Shown here: positions 11,473-19,921 of the stretch, piece by piece
Numbering within the stretch: the first letter of the stretch is position 1
How the letters are laid out: every line of letters starts with the position of its first letter
Position numbers and translations under genes: made by a program
Assembly (NCBI GenBank): GCA_963737905.1
Contig: CAVTUQ010000025.1
Coordinates: 298,653 to 362,652, forward strand
Length of the DNA stretch: 64,000 nucleotides
Direction: 5' to 3'
DNA from: an uncultured delta proteobacterium
GTDB lineage: Bacteria; Desulfobacterota; Binatia; UBA9968
Notes under the pieces: generated by a model
The model's input: only the letters and a program-made list of their open reading frames with translations
Told to the model about the DNA's origin: nothing
The model's database searches: none

Positions 11473-11793
11473 ATGAGTAGAACCTTCGACAAGGTCGTGC
11501 TCTGGTTCAGCGCGCCGAAGTGAGGATATCGGACCACGGATATGATGATGTCTGACGAAAATATCCTCGCCAGGGATGTCTTGGCCGGTGTTTTCAACGG
11601 TATTGTCGTCGAAGACTATCCGAGCTATGGCAAGGGACCATGTGTGCTTGTCCTGCAAAAAGATCTGAACCAGGAACCGATCCACGTCGTCTGGGGAATT
11701 CCGAAGGATTTATCGTCGCCGGCGGTTGTCGTGACCGCCTATAGACCTGATCCCGATATGTGGTCTGAAGATTTCACAAGGAGAAAAGCATGA
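11473..11793 (+). pseudogene. DUF4258 toxin-like gene with two apparent -1 frameshifts near the 5' end
   Basis: Reconstructs as MSRTFDKV-ALVQRAEVRISDHGYD-MSDENI...VEDYP...PIHVVWG...VTAYRPDP.MW. Confidence 0.75.
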
Positions 11794-12005
11794 GAAAAAA
11801 GCGCCATACAAAACTAGTTCACGAGGGACAATACGTAGCCGAAGTTGATGTTGAACTCATCGAGACCGACGAAGGTTGGTCGCCGTACTTGTCGCTGGAG
11901 GATACCTACAAGTTAGACGATGGCCGTTTTGCGCTACGTCGGGGCGACCTAAAGAGTGCAGCGCGCCTATCGCGCCTGTTCAGCCTGACCCCAGTGCGTG
12001 CGTGA
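11790..12005 (+). CDS. Small putative antitoxin, partner of DUF4258
   Basis: KLVHEGQYVAEVDVELI...WSPYLSLED; ATGA overlap with the toxin gene. Confidence 0.75.
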   Translation: MRKKRHTKLVHEGQYVAEVDVELIETDEGWSPYLSLEDTYKLDDGRFALRRGDLKSAARLSRLFSLTPVRA

Positions 12006-12013
12006 GTTTGATC

Positions 12014-12073
12014 GGAGAACACTCGGATGGAGCCGCCGCGATAACTGCACGCGGCTCACCCAAAACGCTAGGC
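12014..12073 (+). other. Degenerate attC site
   Basis: GGAGAAC actcg GATGGAGCCG...CGCGGCTCACCCAAAAC GCTAGGC; internal inverted repeat. Confidence 0.65.
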
Positions 12074-12101
12074 GGATCAATAGCAGGTCCTGGACGAAAC
12101 G

Positions 12102-12638
12102 ATGACTCCACTAACAACAGAGCAGATTGATGCGATGTCCGCAGGTTATGAGTTGGATGCGCTCGTGGCCGAAAAAGTCATGGACGAAATTATGCCTACA
12201 GCGCCGCACGACCGGGCGCACCTTGAGCCGATTAGGTCTAATGGCGAGAACTGGATATGCTGGCCGGAGTACGAACACGGAGATAAGTGCGAATGGGCAC
12301 CCCTTCCGTTCAGCACAGATCCGACGGCTGCTTGGAAAGTTGTGAGTCGGTTTGAGCCCTGGGTTTGCCGTTTTCAATCAGCGGACGGATTCATTCATCT
12401 TGCTTGCGGCCATTGGGCAGATCACGGAAACTGCATCGAACATGGGTGGACGGAAGAAGAGGAAAAGTTGGAAGCCGACCCAGAAGCGTGGTCGTTTCAC
12501 ATTCATTTGGGCCTATTGGCCGAGGGGGATAAAAGTCCGCCACATTGGAAACACGGGGATCGATTTTGCGCGTTCGGCCCCACGGCGCCGCTCGCTGTCT
12601 GCCGAGCGGCCTTGAAAGCGATCGCGACGGCGGGCTAA
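12102..12638 (+). CDS. Phage ABA-sandwich-like (BC1872-type) cassette protein
   Basis: G.ELDALVAEKVM...PFSTDPTAAWKVV...TAPLAVCRAALKA; stop lies in GGCTAAC (R'' of a truncated attC). Confidence 0.7.
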   Translation: MTPLTTEQIDAMSAGYELDALVAEKVMDEIMPTAPHDRAHLEPIRSNGENWICWPEYEHGDKCEWAPLPFSTDPTAAWKVVSRFEPWVCRFQSADGFIHLACGHWADHGNCIEHGWTEEEEKLEADPEAWSFHIHLGLLAEGDKSPPHWKHGDRFCAFGPTAPLAVCRAALKAIATAG

Positions 12639-12701
12639 CAAGGCCGTGAACCTGCGCCAGTCCCCGACCCTACACACGGGTCGTAGGTCAAATCAGGGCG
12701 T

Positions 12702-12785
12702 CACATCAAAAGTAAAGAAGGAGGCGTCCGCTTTCTAAAGACGATCATTCCCAGCCGAAAAGCCACGAAGGAGTATCTAAAATGA
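12702..12785 (+). pseudogene. C-terminal remnant of a BrnT-like toxin
   Basis: HIKSKEGGVRFLKTIIPSRKATKEYLK*, overlapping the antitoxin start. Confidence 0.7.
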
Positions 12786-13066
12786 GCGGCAACCCGCTGA
12801 AATTGGACGAAGAGGAATTGCAGGTCCTGCGTGATTTTGAACGCGGGGAGTTTGAGAGCATTCAGCATTTTCGAAAAGAGAAACGTAGTCTGGAAGCAGC
12901 CGCCAAAAGAACTCTCCAAAAGGATAAGCGCATCAACATTCGCATTTCCTCCCGCGACCTGGAGAAGCTACAAAAACGAGCCGCCATGGAAGGGATTCCC
13001 TATCAGACATTCATCGCCAGTACCTTGCATAAGTTTGTAACTGGTAAGCTCAAGGAGCCCGGCTAA
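12782..13066 (+). CDS. CopG/RHH (BrnA-like) antitoxin
   Basis: KDKRINIRISSRDL..LQKRA..EGIPYQT; stop in GGCTAAC. Confidence 0.85.
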   Translation: MSGNPLKLDEEELQVLRDFERGEFESIQHFRKEKRSLEAAAKRTLQKDKRINIRISSRDLEKLQKRAAMEGIPYQTFIASTLHKFVTGKLKEPG

Positions 13067-13084
13067 CTTTTGCGCTGCAACCGG

Positions 13085-13234
13085 ATCGTCGCCATCGGCG
13101 GCATTACCGAAGCGAACGTTGCCGAAGTCTGGCAAGCCGGCGCTGATTCCGCAGCCATAATCCGCGACCTCTTGGGCGCGGGCGATGTTGCGGATAAGGT
13201 CGGAAGGATTCTAGCTCTCCATCAAGCCCTGTGA
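13085..13234 (+). repeat. Diverged direct copy of the thiE 3' end (original 11214-11358)
   Basis: Encodes IVAIGGITEANVAEVWQAGADSAAIIRDLLGAGDVADKVGRILALHQAL*; roughly 80% nt identity by eye. Confidence 0.92.
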
Positions 13235-13266
13235 ATATGGTTTCACACCCTGCGCTGTCTCTATGA

Positions 13267-13405
13267 TTTACAATCGCCATACTCGGAGAGTAACATTTGG
13301 CTCCGCGGTTTAGTCCAACCCGTTTTATTCCCCGTCGCTCCTTCGACGATCTCTCCCAGGCTTGATTGCTTCCAGGCTTTGGGGATAAAACGCTATACGT
13401 TATAG
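13267..13405 (+). mobile_element. Orphan right end of the recombinase/IS91-like element
   Basis: TTTACAATCGCCATA...GGCTCCGCGGTTTAGTCCAAC CCGTTTTATTCCCC...GCTTGATTGCTTCCAGGCTTTGGGGATAAAACGCTATAC GTT matches 46274-46411. Confidence 0.88.
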
Positions 13406-13415
13406 CGCACTTGAG

Positions 13416-14030
13416 ATGGACGTGTACGGGAAATTTGCTGAGCTAAAGGAGGTAGAGCGCGAAGGCGTCGATTACTGCGTCTGTGTCGTCCGGAGAAAGC
13501 ACTCGTCCACCGTCGTCTTGGCGCCCCATGGCGGAGGTATCGAGCCCGGGACCTCGGAAGTGTCGAGGAAGATCGCGGAAGACGACTTGTCCTTAGCCAT
13601 ATTCGAAGGGAAGAAGTCCGTGGGCAACGCTCGCCTTCACATGACAAGCACGAACTTCGATGAGCCCCGGTGTCTGGAGCTCATCCAGGCTACCGACAGT
13701 GTGGTCGCAATCCACGGCGAAGAAAGCAAAGAACCAGTCATATTTCTGGGGGGTAGAGACAAGAAGCTGGGCGCGCGATTACGTGCAGCGTTGGAGAGGC
13801 ACGGGTACAAAGTCAAGGTGCACGAGAATCCTGAGCTACAAGGGATGGCTACCGCCAATGTCTGCAACCGCGGGCGCCAAGGGGCAGGCGTTCAACTCGA
13901 GCTGAGTTTTGGGTTGCGCGAGACCTTTTTCGAGTCATTGACAGCCGAAGGCCGGAAGAAGCCCATTGATGAACTGGCCAAGTTTGCAGGCGCGGTACGG
14001 GAGGGGTTGCGTGCCGCAGGTGCGCTCTAA
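13416..14030 (+). CDS. Poly-gamma-glutamate hydrolase family (DUF867/PghP-like) cassette gene
   Basis: APHGGGIEPGTSE, LHMTSTNFDEP, AIHG, N.CNRG...GVQLE; cassette ends GTTATAGCGCAC / GTGCGCTCTAAC are complementary. Confidence 0.85.
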   Translation: MDVYGKFAELKEVEREGVDYCVCVVRRKHSSTVVLAPHGGGIEPGTSEVSRKIAEDDLSLAIFEGKKSVGNARLHMTSTNFDEPRCLELIQATDSVVAIHGEESKEPVIFLGGRDKKLGARLRAALERHGYKVKVHENPELQGMATANVCNRGRQGAGVQLELSFGLRETFFESLTAEGRKKPIDELAKFAGAVREGLRAAGAL

Positions 14031-14065
14031 CCCTTGAACACCGCGATGAACGTTAAGCTCCAAAC

Positions 14066-14461
14066 GTGAATCCACTATCACGAAAACTGACGACAGGTAC
14101 AATTGGGGAGCTTCTCGTTCAGCTTCGCCTGCTCCAGTTTGATGTCCAAGCGGCGCCACCACTCAAGGATTCTGGCAATGACCTCATCGCAGTCCGCGGG
14201 CATGCGATGCGGGCCATACAGATAAAGACTAGCGCGGGACATGCTTTTAGCGGCCGTCGTTTACCAAGATTTTATCACATCCTTGCGGCTGTTCGCCTCG
14301 TTGGCGATGGAGAAATTCTGCACCTGGATAAGTGCGAAGTTTTCCTGATTCCCAAGGAGGAGCTACCGACTGTTTCCCGGCAGTTCGCTCGTTTATTGGA
14401 TTATCGGTTGACACGGAGCTTGGTTGATCGGTTATTCAAGCCAAGAAGATTACACAGATGA
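14066..14461 (+). CDS. Small PD-(D/E)XK-like nuclease cassette gene
   Basis: GTIGELLV...NDLIAV...IQIKT; cassette ends GTTAAGCTCCA / TGGAGCCTAAC. Confidence 0.6.
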   Translation: MNPLSRKLTTGTIGELLVQLRLLQFDVQAAPPLKDSGNDLIAVRGHAMRAIQIKTSAGHAFSGRRLPRFYHILAAVRLVGDGEILHLDKCEVFLIPKEELPTVSRQFARLLDYRLTRSLVDRLFKPRRLHR

Positions 14462-14471
14462 GTGCCATGGA

Positions 14472-14561
14472 GCCTAACTTTTGCCCCAGCCGTTGCACCG
14501 ATTGCGTCCCTGTTGGACTTCGGACACCGTGGGCGGCGCGCCACTGAGCGTTACGTTAGGC
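14472..14561 (+). other. attC site
   Basis: GCCTAAC...GTTAGGC, 90 bp, between co-oriented ORFs. Confidence 0.8.
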
Positions 14562-14580
14562 CTCTTAGCTATTGATCGAG

Positions 14581-15093
14581 ATGATATATCTTCTGGGCGT
14601 CAACCATGGTGTACAGTTCGAGAGCAAGACCTCGGATATGAACGTCATTAATGCGTTTGAGGACTACTTAAGGGATGCGTGCGCAAGGTATAACACTGAC
14701 TGCATCGCAGAAGAGATGAGCATCGAATCTCTGAAGAAATGGGAAGCGACCCGGTACGTATGTAGATCCATTGCCGACACGCTATCCATAAGACACATGT
14801 TTTGTGACCCAGACTCAAATGAGCGCAAGAAAAAAGGGATAAAACTTGAAAAGGAAGTTAGGGAGGCCTTGGGCTACGGACAAATTTTGAGCGATTCTCA
14901 GGTAGAGAAACTAGACGAGGCGTTAAAAACACAATGGCCGCTCCGTGAACAATTTTGGTTGGAAAAGATACTCGAAGCAGAAGCAGAGCGCACCTTGTTT
15001 GTGCTTGGTAGCAGCCATATCGAGTCATTTTCAGAGCTACTAAGTCAAAAGGGTATTGGTTTTGTCATCTTGGAAAGAAAGTGGGACACCTAA
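14581..15093 (+). CDS. Hypothetical cassette protein, possible TraB/Tiki/EreA-like fold
   Basis: LLGVNH...IAEE...RE...VLGSSH pattern; stop in ACCTAAC. Confidence 0.6.
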   Translation: MIYLLGVNHGVQFESKTSDMNVINAFEDYLRDACARYNTDCIAEEMSIESLKKWEATRYVCRSIADTLSIRHMFCDPDSNERKKKGIKLEKEVREALGYGQILSDSQVEKLDEALKTQWPLREQFWLEKILEAEAERTLFVLGSSHIESFSELLSQKGIGFVILERKWDT

Positions 15094-15142
15094 CCCGTCA
15101 CTAGGGGTCATCGCCGAGCAGCGGCGCTAGTGCTAGTTGAAG
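15088..15142 (+). other. Probable degenerate attC
   Basis: ACCTAAC ccgt CACTAG...CGCCG..CGGCG CTAGTG cta GTTGAAG. Confidence 0.5.
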
Positions 15143-15164
15143 TGAACTCATAATGATTTCTCAA

Positions 15165-16489
15165 CACTACTGTCCCAACGTTGAAATCGTGAACCGGTAA
15201 AAGCTATTAAAAAGACTTAACTTTTTGTTGAAAATGCAATTTATCGATTTGAAATCAAAAACGCTCCAAAGCCACACTTGCGTATCCCCGCGCAAGGAGA
15301 TGGCTAATGAATTCAGGAAAGACGGTGTTCTCTCAACTGATGGACTTTGTGCCCTCATACGAATTCCGCCTCTGTGTGGATCGCTATCACGGCAACCACA
15401 AAGTGAAAAGCTTTTCATGCTGGGACCAGTTTCTATCGATGGCCTTTGCTCAGCTTACCTATCGCGAAAGTCTCAGAGACATCGAGACCTGTTTGAGAGC
15501 TGCGGGCGAAAAGCTTTATCACATGGGCATTCGCGGCAAGGTCTCTCGCAACACCCTAGCTCACGCCAACGAGGTGCGCGACTGGAGAATCTACCAAGAC
15601 TTTGCCCAAGCCCTGATTCAAAACGCCAGAGAACTTTATGTGGGAGATCCTCTCCAAGTTCAGCTCGATCAAACCGCCTATGCCTTAGATTCGACCGTCG
15701 TCGATCTGTGTCTGACGCTATTCCCTTGGGCGAAGTTTCGAAAGCGCAAGGCCGCCGTGAAGCTTCATACCCTTTTGGATTTACGTGCCAGCATCCCCAC
15801 CACCGTGATTGTTACTACGGGAGCGGTCCACGATGTGAACATCATGGACGAGCTTTTTTGGGAGCCAGGGTCGATCTACGTGATGGACCGGGGCTACGTG
15901 GACTTCGCTCGGCTTTACCGCATCCAGCAAGATTCGGCCTTCTTTGTCACCAGAGCCAAGAAGAACTTTCGCTTCCAACGCCTTTACTCTCACCGAGTCA
16001 ACAAAGCCACCGGCCTTCGCTGCGATCAAACCGTGGTGCTTTGCGGTTTCTACGCTCAAAAAGATTATCCCGAAAAGCTGCGTCGCATCCGTTATTTCGA
16101 TCAGCAAACCAACAAAGCTCTGGTTTTTCTGACCAACAATTTTACCTTACCGGCTTTAATCATCGCCCAATTGTATCGATGCCGCTGGCAGGTGGAATTG
16201 TTCTTCAAGTGGATCAAGCAACACCTTCGTATCAAAGCCTTCTATGGCACCAGCGACAATGCCGTGAAGACACAGATCTGGATTGCCATCTCGATCTACG
16301 TGTTGGTGGCGATCATCAAAAAGCGCTTGAATCTCGATCACAGCTTATACTCGATTCTACAGATCCTGAGCGTGACAACCATGGAGAAAACTCCGCTCAT
16401 ACAAGTACTTTCGCAGTTCGATGAGTCGGAAAAAATGCTCGATAACAGCAAACAACTGATTTTGTTCAATTAACGTTGGGACAATAGTG
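15165..16489 (+). mobile_element. IS4-family insertion sequence, complete
   Basis: TIRs CACTACTGTCCCAACGTT / AACGTTGGGACAATAGTG; 9-bp TSD ATTTCTCAA at 15156-15164 and 16490-16498. Confidence 0.95.
15307..16473 (+). CDS. IS4-family DDE transposase (DUF4372 + DDE_Tnp_1)
   Basis: DST, MDRGY, YRCRWQVELFFKWIKQ (YREK) motifs. Confidence 0.95.
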   Translation: MNSGKTVFSQLMDFVPSYEFRLCVDRYHGNHKVKSFSCWDQFLSMAFAQLTYRESLRDIETCLRAAGEKLYHMGIRGKVSRNTLAHANEVRDWRIYQDFAQALIQNARELYVGDPLQVQLDQTAYALDSTVVDLCLTLFPWAKFRKRKAAVKLHTLLDLRASIPTTVIVTTGAVHDVNIMDELFWEPGSIYVMDRGYVDFARLYRIQQDSAFFVTRAKKNFRFQRLYSHRVNKATGLRCDQTVVLCGFYAQKDYPEKLRRIRYFDQQTNKALVFLTNNFTLPALIIAQLYRCRWQVELFFKWIKQHLRIKAFYGTSDNAVKTQIWIAISIYVLVAIIKKRLNLDHSLYSILQILSVTTMEKTPLIQVLSQFDESEKMLDNSKQLILFN

Positions 16490-16598
16490 ATTTCTCAATT
16501 GTAATTATCGATGGAAGCGTTTTTCATTTTTTCCGCACGCCTTGACAGTCACCCTTGATCGTCGGGCGGACGATCACTGAGGAACGGAACCGCGACTG

Positions 16599-17714
16599 GT
16601 GAGAGTTATGGTCACGAAGTTGGGCTTCTGCGATGGACTTCTCGTTTCGCTCGATCAGTTGAGCGCGTTGAAGCGATCCAAGGAGCTTATCTGTCTCCTG
16701 CTTGACAGAGGAACGTGGACTTTTTCTCTCATTGGACCCCCCGTCGGTGATGAAAGGCGCACCTCCATCTGGAACGTTGCGCGGGAGGCGGAGGCGAGCC
16801 CTGAAGACCGACAATATTGGGCTGAACTCCGGACCCTCTGGAGTCAACTAAAAAATTTCAGCCTCTCACCCTTCCTGGGCGATTCGATCGCCAACGGCGA
16901 AATCACGGGCCTAGACTACGCTTCCCTTCTCCAATCTTGGCGACCAAAATACGAGGAGTTGAGCGACGTGAAGCGACTCAAGGAGGTTGTCTGCCTCCTG
17001 CTTGACAGAGGAAAGTGGCACGATTTTCCTCTGGTTGAACCACCCGTCGGTGATGAAAGGCGCACCTCCGTCTGGAACGTTGCGCGGGAGGTGGAGGCGA
17101 GCGCCGAAGACCGCCAATATTGGGATGAACTACGGAGCCTCTGGAGTCAACTGCAATATGTCAGATCCTTCCTCTTACCCTTCCGCGCCCTGCCCCAAGT
17201 GGGCGATTCGATCGTCAACGGCGAAATCACGGGCGTAGACTACGCTTCCCTGCTCCACTCTTGGCGACCAGAATACGACGAGCCAGAGAGTCTCCACTCT
17301 AGGATCCACGAGGCCCTCGAAAGGTCGCAGACCGATCCAGTTCAGTTTGACTTTGCGGGATGCTGGCTTTTCAAGAACAACCGCTATTCGATAGAGGGCC
17401 ACTACGACAGCGAGGAAAAGAAACTCCTGGTCGTGGAGGAGTTCGATAAAGAAAGAAGGCACTTCGAGCGGCTACACCATAAGCACAGGTCAGCCGGTTC
17501 TGACAGCAACCAGCCAGGCCGTCCACGCGTGCCAGAAGCCGTCAGAATCGAGGTATGGCGGAGAGACGGGGGGCAATGTTCAAGGTGCGGAAGCCGAGAG
17601 AATCTCGAATACGACCACATTGTCCCTCTTGTGAGGGGAGGCAGCAACACAGCGAGGAATGTTGAACTCCTCTGCGAGAAGTGCAATCGCTCGAAGGCGG
17701 ATAAGATTGAGTAA
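16599..17714 (+). CDS. HNH endonuclease with a tandemly duplicated ~100-aa N-terminal unit
   Basis: C-terminal VWRRDGGQCSRCG...LEYDHIVP..RGGSNTARNVELLCEKCNRSK. Confidence 0.85.
   Translation: MRVMVTKLGFCDGLLVSLDQLSALKRSKELICLLLDRGTWTFSLIGPPVGDERRTSIWNVAREAEASPEDRQYWAELRTLWSQLKNFSLSPFLGDSIANGEITGLDYASLLQSWRPKYEELSDVKRLKEVVCLLLDRGKWHDFPLVEPPVGDERRTSVWNVAREVEASAEDRQYWDELRSLWSQLQYVRSFLLPFRALPQVGDSIVNGEITGVDYASLLHSWRPEYDEPESLHSRIHEALERSQTDPVQFDFAGCWLFKNNRYSIEGHYDSEEKKLLVVEEFDKERRHFERLHHKHRSAGSDSNQPGRPRVPEAVRIEVWRRDGGQCSRCGSRENLEYDHIVPLVRGGSNTARNVELLCEKCNRSKADKIE
16657..17282 (+). repeat. Two-copy tandem repeat (~300 bp unit) inside the HNH gene
   Basis: CCTGCTTGACAGAGGAA...CCCGTCGGTGATGAAAGGCGCACCTCC...TAGACTACGCTTCCC occurs twice. 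Confidence 0.93.
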
Positions 17715-17746
17715 GAGGAGAAAAAAGCGACATTCTGAGTTATTAG

Positions 17747-17803
17747 GCCTAACCTCTGCTTCAGACCGACGCGGAATACGCGCAGCTGAGCACAGCGCTA
17801 GGC
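17747..17803 (+). other. attC site with R' variant GCT
   Basis: GCCTAAC ctc TGCTTCAG..CGCG gaata CGCG..CTGAGCA cagc GCTAGGC. Confidence 0.8.
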
Positions 17804-17810
17804 GGACATC

Positions 17811-18293
17811 ATGAACCGATCGACATTTACCACCTCCCCGGACAACCGTTATTTTGAAGATTATGTCGTCGGAGCGGTGCACGAGTTCGGTACGATCTCG
17901 GTGGAAGAAAAAGAAATCCTCGACTTTGGACAGCGCTTCGTTCCGTTGGCTTACCACATCGATAGGGAAGCGGCAAAAAAGAGTATCTACGGCGGTTTGA
18001 TTGCGAGCGGCTGGCATACCGCTGCGCTCATGATGCGGCTTTACGCGGATAACTATTTATCTAAAGTAGCGAACCTCGGCTCCCCTGGCGCTGATGAGCT
18101 GAAATGGGATAACCCGGTCTTCCCCGGCGATGAGCTGTCGATTCGCATCACAGTTTTGGAAACCCGCCGCTCCGAATCTAAACCGGATCGCGGCATTGTC
18201 CGCTCTTTTGTCGAGGTACTGAACCAAAAACGCGAAGCCGTGATGAGCGTAAAGATGGTGAACTTTGTGCGGAGCCGAGAGACCCCGGCGTAA
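17811..18293 (+). CDS. MaoC-family dehydratase
   Basis: RYFEDY.VG...GGLIASGWHT...PVFPGD. Confidence 0.9.
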   Translation: MNRSTFTTSPDNRYFEDYVVGAVHEFGTISVEEKEILDFGQRFVPLAYHIDREAAKKSIYGGLIASGWHTAALMMRLYADNYLSKVANLGSPGADELKWDNPVFPGDELSIRITVLETRRSESKPDRGIVRSFVEVLNQKREAVMSVKMVNFVRSRETPA

Positions 18294-18318
18294 TTCCGGA
18301 AACAGCAGGAACTAAATT

Positions 18319-19692
18319 CTAGGCTTCGTCCGCCTCTTCGTAGTCGAATTCGTCACGCGGCGTAAAATTCTCAAACCGCATAAACTCGTTCAAAAAGGTC
18401 AGTTCGACGGTATCGATGGGGCCGTTTCGCTGCTTGGCGACGATAATTTCGGCGATGCCCTTTTTTTCCGAATTCTGATTGTAAACCTCGTCCCGATAGA
18501 TAAACATGATGACGTCTGCGTCCTGTTCGATGGCTCCCGATTCCCGCAGATCGGACATCATCGGCCGCCGGTCGCCGCGATCCTCAACCCGACGGTTGAG
18601 CTGCGAGATGGCGATGACCGGAACGGTCAATTCTTTGGCCAAAGCCTTTAAGGAACGTGAAATTTCTGAAATCTCCTGTTCACGGTTTGACGCGGCTCCC
18701 ATGCCGCGCATCAACTGCAAGTAATCAATGACGATCAGCCCGACCTTCTTCGTCCGGTCACGCACCAGGCGCCGCGCCTTGGCGCGCAGCTCGAGAACCG
18801 AAATTGCGGGCGTATCGTCGATATAAATCGGCGCCTCGTGGAGCCGACCAGCGGCGTTCGCCAATTTTGGGAAATCTCGTTCTGCTAAATAGCCGGAGCG
18901 AACTTTGGAATTGTTAACGTGGGCTTCGGAACAAAGCATGCGGAGAACGAGCTGCTCCTTGGCCATTTCCAGGGAGAAAACCGCGACTCCGACTCCCGTA
19001 AATGCCGCGTTGGTGGCGATATTGAGGCTGAAGGCGGTCTTACCCATGCTGGGTCGACCGGCAACGATAACCAGGTCGGATGGCTGGAGCCCGGCGGTAA
19101 GTTTGTCCAAATCTTCGTAACCCGTGGGCACGCCGGTGACCATCTCCTTGCGTTCATACAGCCTTTCGACTGTTTTGAGCGTGTCCTTGATCATATCCCC
19201 GACGGCGACGAAGGATGCTTTGACCTTCTTTTCCGATATATCAAAGATCACTTTCTCCGCCGTGTCCAAAAACTCATCGACGTTGCCCTGCTCTTCGTAA
19301 CCTCGCGTTGCAATCTCCGTTGCCGTACTGATGAGACTGCGCAAGATCGCCTTTTCCCGTACAATACGCGCATAGTAGGAGATGTTGGCCGCTGTCGGTA
19401 CAAAATCAGCCAGAGAAGCCAGGTACGCGCTGCCTCCGACCGCGTCAAGCTCGCCCCGACTTTTGAGACACTCGCTCAGCGTGATGAGATCCGCCGGCTC
19501 GCCGCGGTCCGTGAGCTCAATCATGCCGCGGAAAATCTTGCGGTGAGATTCGCGATAGAAATCTTCGGGGCGAACCAATTCCAAAACGAGATTAATGGCG
19601 TCGTTTTCAAGCAGAATTCCTCCCAAGACGGAAGTCTCCGCCTCGAGATTCTGAGGAGGAACCTTTCTGAGATTGTCGTCCAAAGCTGCCAT
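18319..19692 (-). CDS. dnaB: Replicative DNA helicase
   Basis: PPQNLEAE, GRPSMGKT, DYLQLM, DLRESGAIEQDAD, KQRNGP. Confidence 0.98.
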   Translation of the reverse strand: MAALDDNLRKVPPQNLEAETSVLGGILLENDAINLVLELVRPEDFYRESHRKIFRGMIELTDRGEPADLITLSECLKSRGELDAVGGSAYLASLADFVPTAANISYYARIVREKAILRSLISTATEIATRGYEEQGNVDEFLDTAEKVIFDISEKKVKASFVAVGDMIKDTLKTVERLYERKEMVTGVPTGYEDLDKLTAGLQPSDLVIVAGRPSMGKTAFSLNIATNAAFTGVGVAVFSLEMAKEQLVLRMLCSEAHVNNSKVRSGYLAERDFPKLANAAGRLHEAPIYIDDTPAISVLELRAKARRLVRDRTKKVGLIVIDYLQLMRGMGAASNREQEISEISRSLKALAKELTVPVIAISQLNRRVEDRGDRRPMMSDLRESGAIEQDADVIMFIYRDEVYNQNSEKKGIAEIIVAKQRNGPIDTVELTFLNEFMRFENFTPRDEFDYEEADEA

Positions 19693-19921
19693 GAATCTAA
19701 TTTCAGTTTGGGATTTGCAAGCGTTCAAGCTCGCGCACAATCAATTCATTCTTCCCCGTCGATTGGAGGACCGAACAGCAAGGCTACACGAAAGAAAACA
19801 AAAAGCAAGGAAAAATTTTACCCGGAAAGAAATTTTTGTCGCCGGGCAGCTGGAAAGCAATCGGCAACCGAAAATCTATGGATCAGACTTCTTAAAGAGC
19901 TTCGCCTGGTTAAAAAGAGGC

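Noticed and set aside
16657-17282. Repeat pair as DGR template/variable repeats served by the RT at 47-48 kb
   Set aside because: Differences are not adenine-specific and include indels, both copies are in-frame in one ORF, and the RT has group II intron DV/DVI and YADD.
11355-18293. Prophage, suggested by phage-type genes and the thiE repeat
   Set aside because: No structural, packaging or integrase genes; the genes are individually bounded by attC-like sites.
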